Assembly (NCBI RefSeq): GCF_964204645.1
Contig: NC_134027.1
Span: 24,266,560-24,330,559 of the forward strand
Source: Tubulanus polymorphus
Lineage: Eukaryota; Animalia; Nemertea
Reading direction: 5' to 3'
DNA length: 64,000 nucleotides
Each line of letters begins with the position of its first letter. The stretch's first letter is position 1. Under the pieces are notes generated by a model, which did not search any database, was not told the DNA's origin, and saw only the letters and a list, made by a program, of their open reading frames with translations. Both the position numbers and the translations under genes were made by a program. This document shows positions 49,461 to 60,103 of the stretch, piece by piece.

Positions 49461-51989
49461 ATGGCTTCTACTGCTGCCCCGGTAAATATCAAATACAACC
49501 GGTTCAATCCGTACTTATTGATCAATATCATCTGCTTCAAAGAATCATGAAATCGCCGAAAAATTACACGTTTTGGGGTAGAAAAACTCATTTTTATCAG
49601 TCGGTCGAACTAAGTACCGAACAAAACCGGTGTTCTACTGTACTAAACCATCAAATTTGGCCAAAAGTTACTGATTTCGAATCCTTAGACCTCTCTGATA
49701 ATAAATATGCAGAAATGCAAATTTTTTGGGAGGGGGTAGGGCAGTAGGGAAGAGCAATAGCACCAAACTTAGAAATGAAAGCTGCGAACTTGTGACCAGA
49801 TCAGGGAAAGGGGATTTTTAAAAAAAGGTGCATCGATTCGAAAAGGGGATCATCCAGTGTTGCACAAACTTATTGGATCTGATATCTTCTTTCTCCTTTG
49901 TCCAGGTCGATGTGGAATTGGCTGTTTTGATCGGTTTTCACCCTTTGTTTGATTTAATTCGGTCATTAAATTCAGTTAATTCTTCATTCGATGTAGGACT
50001 TAATCCTTTTTGTGAACCTGTGCCCTCACTCTTCTTTATCCTGTCCTAAAACGTTTTTCTTGAATCATCTTCCTCATTTTTGTAGACTTTGCCTATGAAC
50101 CCTAAGCCATTTTTGAATGGTCTTACCGGTAAACCGTGTATGGTGAAATTGAAGTGGGGTATGGAATACAAAGGCTATCTTGTATCAGTTGACACTTATA
50201 TGAATTTACAGGTATAGTTTCTTCGACTTTCTACTTACTTATTTTTGTTAGAAATTTCGATTTTTTTTTTGATAGGTTCATGTATATGTCTGTTTTTTTT
50301 ATCCGATTTTGAACATTTAAGTCTAGGCCTACATGAGATGTATTAGGTGTCGGCCTATTATGTTTTATTTCAAGCTGAACCAATTCCTTCACTTGAAATT
50401 GTGGAGAAAAAAAAACGGAATTCATAGTTGGAATGGGAAATATAGTCAAATCAAGACATGAAGCGGTTTAATCCGGATTTGGGTCTAATCTGAACAATAT
50501 TTGAAGTCCTTTCATTATCAATTTACAAGGTAATGACTTTTAATCAGGATTTCCACGGAAACTGGATGAATTTGGTTCCAAATGATCTGAATTAAACAGA
50601 TTGTAAATTGTAAATTTGGAATCACTCGAAAACTCCTACTCCTTAAATTCAGGAAATGTATCAAATTTAGAAAATTTCGAATGTCCATGTAGTCGGTAGG
50701 TGGATGGTTCCACCGAGACACCCATTATCTCTAATGTTATCTTTTTTGATTGTAATGTTTTTAAAATGTTTGTTTTCGCACAATTTCTTGCAGCTGGCAA
50801 ATACGGAAGAGTTTATAGATGGCGCTTTAACCGGAAACCTGGGCGAGGTTCTTATCAGGTAAACGACAAATTCTGACAAATTAAACAGGGTTACTACATA
50901 ATTCCTCGGTTCCTTGCTGCTTCTAAGTGGAAGATGCTTGAATCTCCTTTCATTTGAGCAATTTGTCGGAAACTCCTTCATTTTTGCATCCTCGCTTGCC
51001 AGGGGTCCGGTATCACTCCCAATCTCGCTTCCACCAGCCCCCCTGGCCTCACGAAGCGTGATTTCATTACTGGCGCTGTTGCGCATGACGTCATATATCG
51101 ATTTGCGAAATACTTCCTTGTTCGGTAAAACGTTCACTAATTGGTCAATTTAACGGGAAAACCAACAGACGTCTACTGTCGGTTTGTTACAAGCGCTGTG
51201 ATTGGTACGCCCGGATTCTGGTCGGCTAGTAACGACTCCAACGATTCGTGAGGTCAAGGGGTTCGGGGAACAGCTTTAGCGTAGTGGGTTCGAATCCCGT
51301 GACTGGTGAAGATGTCATTTTCGAGAAATCGGTGCTAGAATACTTTGAAAGTAGTACATTAGACTTGACAACCTCTGAAATGGTAAAGTTGGGACCGGGA
51401 TAACAAATAAAAACCCGCAGTTAGACCTGTAAAACAGTTTAGTTTATTTGACAGTTTCGAGGCTTTAACTAAGCCAAGTCATCAGAGTAACAAAAACGTT
51501 TTTGTTCATCTGATGATGGGGCTTAGTTAAAGCCCCGAAGCTGTCAAGAAAATAAACTGTTTTACAGGTCTAACGGTGGGTTTTTATTTGTCAACTCTAC
51601 AATGAGATAGATATCAGTTAATTGTAGTCTTGGGACCGGGATCTTTATATACCCAATAAAGCGGTGGCCAAATTAGAAACGGAGTTTTGAGTGTCAAGGA
51701 TATTTACTTATGAAACCACCTACGGTAGTAACGGTTTACCATGACGAACAATACCAATTTAGGAGGAGTCAACTGTTATTTGGATATGAAAGTGATGCAG
51801 ACATTTCCTTGAAATATGGAATTTTCTCCTCTAATTAAATGATTTTGCCCTATTGAATAAAACAAGAAAAATTTTATGTAGTCAGATGCCAAAATTGAAA
51901 TTTGATTTGTTTCGTTTTGCAGATGTAATAACGTGCTGTATATCCGAGGTGTCGAGGATGAAGATGAAGAGGGAGAAATGAGAGAATGA
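49461..51989 (+). CDS. SNRPF: Small nuclear ribonucleoprotein F (Sm-F), 92 aa; exons 49461-49481, 50086-50211, 50794-50858, 51923-51989
   Basis: MASTAAP|[42 protein letters not shown]|[22 protein letters not shown]|[21 protein letters not shown]. Confidence 0.98.
51404..51592. mobile_element. Palindrome of two back-to-back hammerhead-ribozyme-like (Penelope-type) units in SNRPF intron 3
   Basis: Plus strand: CTGATGA-t-ggggctt-agtta-aagcccc-GAAGCTGTC. Minus strand: CTGATGA-ctt-ggctt-agtta-aagcc-tc-GAAACTGTC. Confidence 0.6.
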
Positions 51990-53322
51990 TGAAAAACGAT
52001 GATGATAATCATGTTTAATCGACTGTGTATATAGTGTATGATATTTCGATCTGGCTAAATTCAAAATGTCTCTGGAAAATAATTTGTAGAAAAAAAATGA
52101 TTGGGGTGTGAATCGTTTTTTAAAGAAAAAAATAAAACCTAAAACTTTTAGATGATGCTTTTTTGTTATGATTTTGGTCAGGTGTAGATTCAGTGCAGTG
52201 CAGATTTTAATTTAACAAGTTGAAAGTTAAACAAATTCATTTTGTGGTAGTTCTTGTAGCCTTCTTTGATCTACGAATGTGGCTAGTTGCAAGGTCATTC
52301 ATATCGTAATATGTTCACCAGTGGCGTTGAGTATTAAGATTAGCTGATGGTTGAGCATTTCAAACTTCCCATGTGGGCTGCAGCGCCATGCAGTGCTGCC
52401 CCTAGATATTACATAAGCGGTGAACTAACTCGATAGCGCAATGTTCCTGCTGCGGCGTGCAGGGACCAGTATCACATTCCCCCTAAAAGGTGCGATATCA
52501 AATTGATTTTCCACAACCATGGGGTGCCCGCTTCTCTGGATTCAAGCGGCCACCTAACACCTCGCCAGACAGTCCAGGTATCGAGCCCAATACGCTACTA
52601 AGCGAGACCGGACGCCTGAAGCGAAGAGGCAGCCGACGACGATCAACTCACTTTTGGTTTTCTTTTTTTCTGGACCCAAGATCCTACCAAGCAGTATTCG
52701 AATGGTCATAATCGTTGATTTATTTGAACGATTGTTTTTCGGAAGACCACTGGAGCAATTCCTCCTATTAGAGAAAACCGTATATTTTGATCTAACCCCG
52801 CCGTATTCCATGGAGAAAAAGGGTTTGAGAAATTGCGGTCAGTGAGTTTTTGAAGTTTCTTCAAATCCAGTGGGAGTCTTGCCCGCCAGCCGACTATCTC
52901 ACGAATATTGATGACACTCCAACCATTTCCATGGTGGAGGAAACAAACACCACACTGTACGCAAACATGTATACGATGCTTGCAAATGCTCGGCTCCACC
53001 GAAGCGTGTACATAAACGAACTTATTTGTCACTAAATCAATCTATTTTTTACGCAATAATTAGAACAAAATTTGAAAATTTGTATTCAAACACATAAGTG
53101 ACCCTGAAAGTGTCGGAATCTTCAAATATACCTATCCCTGTGGTGTATCGCACTACGAGGGGCCAAACAAATATCCGAAAGTCTCTCAGAATCTCATAAA
53201 TTGGTTTTATGACGACGGGTATCACTAGGCCACTGCCCGATGACACCCGGCCTTCGCCTGTCCAAAAACTACGACCAGCGTTGTTAGTGAATATTTAGAA
53301 TACATAGATCATTGTGGCAATG

Positions 53323-54538
53323 TTAGTAGCACGTTTTAGCATCGAAACCTCCGCAATTTTTAGAGATGAATTTCCTTCCCGCGGGCTTTGAACAGCTTAC
53401 ATCGGATCGACCCACTTCTTCTAGATATCGTCTGCAATTCGTCGCGGCTTTCGATCGGTTGCAGGCGTCAATTTGAACGTTGATACAACTAGGTTCGGGA
53501 AGATTGTTCAGGTTGTCGGAGGCTTGCGGATCTAAGCATATCTTCGACGACCAAGTACCGATCATACTGAATTGACATGATTTTCCCGGGCAACATTGCT
53601 TGGACGACCTGCAGCTCCGACCCTCTGATTTGCAGCCTGTCAGTAGATAAATGAGAACATTGTAAGATGCGATTCTTTTAATTCATTTTTGCGAGAGTAC
53701 TGAATTTGCAGATTCGAGCGATGTCTTGCCAAAAGAGTGACCCAAATGGGAAGGTTAACCCGTCGAAAATACCAATTACCCTTCTCAATTGCCTAGGCTT
53801 AATTAAAATGGTTTGGTTTTCCAACCTTTTTTAGCCCTTTTTATTTTCCAATACAAATCCAAGTTCGTAATAAGAACATAAGGCATCATGAAATCACGAT
53901 ACGGTTAGTGACTTCAAGATGGGTAGGACGGGTCACCCAAAATACTACCTGGGATTAAAAAGAAGTCCCACGTTGCCATAGTTCTACAAAGGTGACGAAT
54001 TATAATGTATATATGACATCCGTATTGCACTCCACATTTTCAACCGCCCCTCCCCTACCCCCCGAAAATGTAATTAATCAGACATTATAAACTGGGTAAC
54101 GACCAATCTTAGAAACACAACGTTAGCTTAATCGGATGATTTAGATTTGAAGGTTATCAGAAAGTTATTAGATAATAATTACGCTTTCTTCTTTTCTCCA
54201 TTTCGATTTTTTCCATGACCCTTTTGAAGAAAGCAGCCAAAAGCGATTCCTCATTCGACTCGGCCGCGATCGCCCCCGCTACCGTCACCATAAGCAACGC
54301 CAAACACAGAAGTATTGTCACCTGAAATTCATTAAGATGAACTATTTCATAATCATGCAATTGGTTCGTTTAGACGCCTTTCCCGTGGATGGGGCTCCGG
54401 TTTTGATAAGTTCGCGATTTAGGTGAACATCAAAGTCAGAGCATTATTGCCTCATTGTCTAACTAGCTAGACAGCCATGGGGAGTCTAGACTGAATCAAT
54501 ATCTGAAAATAACAAACATGACAGAATCTTACTTTCAT
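53323..54538 (-). CDS. Secreted Cys-rich prepropeptide, 152 aa: ICK (knottin) domain plus second 6-Cys domain; toxin-like; exons 54538-54533, 54321-54183, 53636-53323
   Basis: MK|VTILLCLALLMVTVAGAIAA-ESNEESLLAAFFKRVMEKIEMEKRRKR|CKSEGRSCRSSKQCCPGKSCQFSMIGTWSSKIC-LDPQASDNLNNLPEPS-CINVQIDACNRSKAATNCRRYLEEVGRSDVSCSKPAGRKFISKNCGGFDAKTCY*. Canonical splice sites, 459 nt in frame. TATATA ~125 bp upstream. Confidence 0.88.
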
Positions 54539-56401
54539 GTTTTCGCTGATCGACTATTCCGTAAATACTGCTGCTTTACCCGCGATAGAACCGTATTTTC
54601 ATGTGGTTATAAACTTTGAAATATGAATGGAGAAACTCTATAATTAAATCACGTCGCTCTATATATACTCATATTCTCACGTGTCACAAAAAAACAAGTT
54701 CATACCAGAATGGAAACTATACAAAATGTATGACAATTGTTTATGTTGACTGCGGCAGGCGTAGATGAATCATCGAAAATGCGGTATTCAATAAATTAGA
54801 AGGCGAATACCTCGCGTCTTTTCGTTCAATGAAAGGGATCGACAACTTGGGTTATTGAATGGGGCGGCTCAGTATGTTCGGGTAGAATTTCAGTAAAAAC
54901 CACGCACAAACACTGCCATTTTATATTGAGACGGCAGAGAATGACATATTTTTTCCAATATTGAGATTAAAGAGGCCTTATCGAATACTTGGTGCCGAGA
55001 TCATCCTCACCTCTCCTCTGGCGTGAGGATGTACCGAGTTGGGAGCCGTAGACATCACAATTTTTACAATTCATTTCCGCAGCCCCTTTGAAGTTTTATG
55101 CACAAAATACTCGAATGGGCAAGAAAATTTTAATTTTTTCCTGTTTAATTTCTATTTTAAAACGCCTATGAATTTTTTCTTTATTTTTTCCCTTCGCCCT
55201 CCCATTTTTTCTTGAAAAATCCGTACTCAAAGCTATTGAAGAATGCCAAGATCCAGAGGCGGATCCGATGGGACTCGGGAGTACACTTCTCCGTCGTAAT
55301 CGGTCCGCGTTCGTTCGAGAACAACGGCAATTTTCTTCTTGCACATATTTCTATTTAGTGTCAAAAATGCACTGGAATTTCTTAATTGTTCAGACGATTT
55401 GCGTGGACACGTATTATTTTCAATGCTATGCGCTTTTGATTTCGATGTGCTCCCGTCACTGTCCCATGGGACCTGTGCTTTCGGATGATGTTGGGAGTGT
55501 CATGGGCTATATCAGTCATATGGGGTTGTAACACTTGTAACACACATGGATCTCGTTCACCTCATCTACCGTATAATAGAAAATGTTTTAAAACGAAAGA
55601 TGATTTGTTCATTTGTTCAAAAACTCTATTTTATTTACACAGAATACTGTTTATGTACTTCTAACAAAAGAATAGAAATCATGTCGATGTTTTTTTTTCA
55701 TTTTGTTACGTTATTTGATCCTGTCCATTTCGATGCGTGCCTCCGTGTTGAAAACTGAAAAATAAAAAAAAGTTTAAATAGGTAGCTTTTTCAATACATG
55801 TAAGACAACGTTGTCAAATTTACCTATTTCTTCACTCTACCTCACAGTCGTGATGTTTTGTCTAAGATTCAATGGCCGCTATCTCGCGGACTACATAAAT
55901 ACCGCCGAAGAAAAGTACCACACTCTTCACCGCTTGCCTAGAAAAAAAAAATACAATGGTTGGAGACTTAAGATACCGACCATCGGCATCAACTATGACG
56001 GCGGCCAGAAACTTTGAAGCACTGGTAGGTGCTGCCACCACTGCACCGTACCATACTACCATCGATAGATCTATTTGTCAAAATTACTTATTTTATTCGG
56101 TCGTTATAGGACAAATTAACTTCACAATGCTCTTACCATCGGAATGCGTCAGTCCAAAGACTCTTGATGAATTTACCCGGTTGAAAACCTTCATTATCGC
56201 CTTTTTTATCGAGAACTGGCATCGTGAATATTCTAAAAGCAAATACGTTACGCTGTAGCTGTACACTGATTGACGAAGGGCTGGTTCGAATCCCGCTCAT
56301 ATGGTTGACACTTGATTATGAGCTGTGCGCTGCCGCATTTGTTGTTGCCTACGTGCTTTTTTGTACTGAAACAATCGCCGAATCGGAATAAATAACATAA
56401 C

Positions 56402-56710
<309 letters not shown>

Positions 56711-56752
56711 AACATAACATAGGTTTTAGTCAAAACAATGTCAAAATCTGTC

Positions 56753-57257
56753 TAATGTCTATTTCAACCTGATTCGAGAGCATACCGGGTAGCCTAGCTC
56801 AGTCATTTTTGGTACTGGTAGTACATACCTGATAAAAGTCTTATTAGGACCAGAGGACTGGCAGTCGACCTAAATCATCGTTTTATAATCCATTTGAAAC
56901 TGTATTGAAGGATATCCAAAAAGTCTGCTTTGAGAGGGGTTCATGAGAGAAAAGAGACTCCATGATTTGAAAGTATAACAATATGTCACCATGCCTACCA
57001 ACTGAAGTTTGGTACGTAGGCATGGAAACATATTGTTAAACTTTTAAATCATGGAGTCACTTCTCTTCATTTAACCCCTTTCAATGAACACTTTTTGGAT
57101 GGGCTTCAATACAGTTTCTAATGGATTAAAAAATGATGATTTAGGTCGACTGCCCATCCTTTCTGGTCCCATTAAGACCTTTATATGGTATGTACTACCA
57201 TAACTGACTGAGCTAGGCTACCCGGAATGCTCTCAAGTCATGTTGAAATAGACATTA
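56753..57257. mobile_element. ~500-bp fully palindromic MITE
   Basis: taatgtctatttcaac...ccgggtagcctagctcagtca / tgactgagctaggctacccgg...gttgaaatagacatta. Arms pair nearly to the centre (~57010). Confidence 0.8.
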
Positions 57258-57617
57258 ACAATGTGGAACCTATGGGACCACCTCAAAATGTCGCCTGGTA
57301 ACCGGAAACTTCCCGGGCCTACATGAGATTAACTAAACACGCATTAAAATAGCTGTTCTTAATATATATTTTCCTATTAGCCGTCTGCGCAGTATGATTA
57401 CAAAATGTATTAACTTTTCGTGATAATAACTACTAGGTGAGTTTTTAGCCGACTGGAATCTTTTTTTCACATGATTTAATTACGCTTTTGGATGAATCGT
57501 TAACATCGGTTTGTCAAAAGTTCGATAAAGACACCCGTCAAAACATCAAAAGCGTGTCGTCGCGTCCTCGTGTTGACATAATTTCAGAAATAACTTACGA
57601 ATCATTTCTTAATCCAT

Positions 57618-59699
57618 TTAATCGCGACCGACGTCATCAGTTTGGTATTGAACGTTAAACGACAACCTGCCGTCAATCGTCGCCACGATTATCGTAAACG
57701 GAGATACCCTAGTATCGAAGTTATTGTAGAATAAATGAATTCTAGCATCGCGAATAGGTCGTTCAAGATTCGCTTTTTTCAACACGTCGAAAAGCCCCAA
57801 TACGGGATATCGACAAATTCAAGTTCTTGAATTACTCGTTTGATGGCGCTAGTCAGAACCGGAAATTAGAACCTAAATACGCCATGCTCTAGTTCATTTG
57901 CAATGAAAATCTCTCGCTTCAAGTTTTCAATGAGCGATATTTTACTTACTATATATCGTCACGCATAATTCTTTAAATATGATATCCTACCGCTACGTTA
58001 GATATGATAAAACCTCACTGCAAAGGCTAGAAATCACTATAAATGTCCTAAAATTACCAAAAAACATTTTGCAACTGTTGACGATGCAAAGACTGGTTGC
58101 CAGGTGTCACATGGTGGCAGCACTTGACGGCCCAATTTTGATTGTTGGTTCGAGTCCTGGTACCTGATGAATCTACGAGTTTAGTCTTTGTAAAATCAAT
58201 TTTATTTCATAATATTATTTATCACTATAGCCTGCAATAAATTTACCTTAAGAGTCTTGAACTCACCAACAAAGTGATGACACCCGGCACCAGTCATTAC
58301 TTCCGTTAGCTGCTTCGAGTGTCCTTGCTAAATTTATTTTTGGTAGTTTTTTTTTTACATTTCTTGTAATCTTTAGCGTTCGAATTCAACACATTGTCAG
58401 GATATCATACTCAAAAGATTATGCGTGCCGTTGTATAGTAAGTAAAATATCGCTAACTAAAAACTTGAAGCGAGAGATTTTTATTGCTAATGAACATAGC
58501 GGATTTAGGTTTCAATTTCCGGTTCTGACTAGCGCCTTCAAACGAGTAATTCAAGAACTTGAATTTGTCGATATCCCGTATTCGTGACGATCAGATCAGC
58601 GATATAAGGCGGACTTCTTGGAATCGGATTGCGATATATCAGCTTAGCCGTTTTGCAAGTTTTGAACGATTCAAATCATTTACTTGATGTTCGACCTCTA
58701 GTTGGGTGTTCCGCGCCCTTCCCAGAATGTTGACCGATCTGATTCGACCGGGATCGGGATATCTATACCGTAGGTATCTACCGTTAGTGTAGTCTCCTTA
58801 AGGCGTCTTCCGGTACAAATCCTCGGATATCTGAGATTGGCGATCACTTGAACGATAACGTCTTAAATCGCTGGTATCTGTTTTTCTTCCAGCATCTTTG
58901 TCAACGCCGTCGCCGCTATATTGCTATGATCGGAGCGTTCACGCCTAGACCTTTCGCTTTGGCGGCCGTCACCATTTGCGCCGTCTCGGCCTCATCAAAA
59001 TCAATCTCGATGTTTTCGATGGTTCTTTTCAATTCTCCGTGTCCGCAGTTCTCCTCGGGAACCAGGTTTAATTTGCTGGCAAGATCTACCGCCGGTTTGG
59101 GCCGGATATAACGACAAAGCCCGTTCATATACAACCGCACTCTATCCCACATACTCAGTTTAATATCAGACTCCATGTAATAATCTCGGCTAGGTTTTAA
59201 AGGAGGGCTTTCTACGCCAGCAACTGATTTTTCATTACTAAAATGATAATCGAGTATTTTGATGAAATCTTTTACGCTTGCCATCAAAATTCAAATGTAA
59301 GCCAACCGCCACGAATGTATACGTGTTACTTTCGTCGTCGTTTTCTGCTTTGACCGTTTTGAGCATCGTTATTTTCCATAAAGGTCCATTCTCGTCGAAT
59401 ACCGTCAACAAATCCTCGTCTGCCAACGTTCGATAATCAGTCGCGGCCGATTGTCGAAAAACGATCGTTTTTTCTTCCATTTCTTCGTTGGATTTCATGA
59501 CGGATTTTTGCTGGTGACGATTTTTGAAGTTTTTGCTCGTAAAAGACGTTTGCACCGTTGTAACTGGCAATTCGACCTCGCTAACGAAGGAAAATATCGC
59601 CCAAGAATGACCGGTGGCTGCGTCATTTTCGTTCACGATTCCGATTTCGTGACAAGCCAGTTTTCGAGCGAATCTACCTAAAGATGTAGAATTTGGCAA
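57618..59699 (-). pseudogene. Intronless condensation-domain / alcohol O-acetyltransferase-like pseudogene
   Basis: GPLWKITML, LHLNFDG (HxxxDG), ETAQMVTAAKAKGLGVN, IADLIVTN..LFD and VATIDGRLSFNVQY motifs lie in different frames. Frameshifts near 59280 and 58918, stops, and a MITE insertion. Confidence 0.65.
57799..58582. mobile_element. MITE with long TIRs inserted in the acyltransferase pseudogene
   Basis: aatacgggatatcgacaaattcaagttcttgaattactcgtttga / tcaaacgagtaattcaagaacttgaatttgtcgatatcccgtatt. Confidence 0.85.
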
Positions 59700-60103
59700 C
59701 GCCGTGTGTGAACTCTGTCAGGCCTACCGGCATTAATTGAAATAGAAATAAACCCTATCCTCCTGTACCCGGCGTCATTTGCGGAATAGAAATAAACTGT
59801 TCCATCCTCTTAATTTCAATCGATGCCGGGCTCAAGTCTTGAAATAAACTTGTCTGTCCTCTTGTACCCGGCCGGAGTCATTTGGAATAGAAATAAACTT
59901 CTGATCTGTGCTCTTGTTTGAGAGAGAAATAAACTCCTCTTACCTCTATTACTCGGCGTCAATTAACATAAGCAAGGAAAAACGAAAATACATATGTTTT
60001 ATTGTTATTCAATATTTATTGAGGCTCTACAGTGGCGGATGCAGGAGGGTCTCGGGATTCCAACCTCTTTCTGACCAAGTGCCATATAAATTGAATATTT
60101 CAA

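Noticed and set aside
50667-51137. 156-aa minus-strand ORF
   Set aside because: Antisense to SNRPF exon 3 and intron, with no recognisable motifs.
55868-56017. Exon-like segment RFNGRYLADYINTAEEKYHTL...
   Set aside because: Weak acceptor, no partner exons or family recognised. Possibly a decayed fragment.
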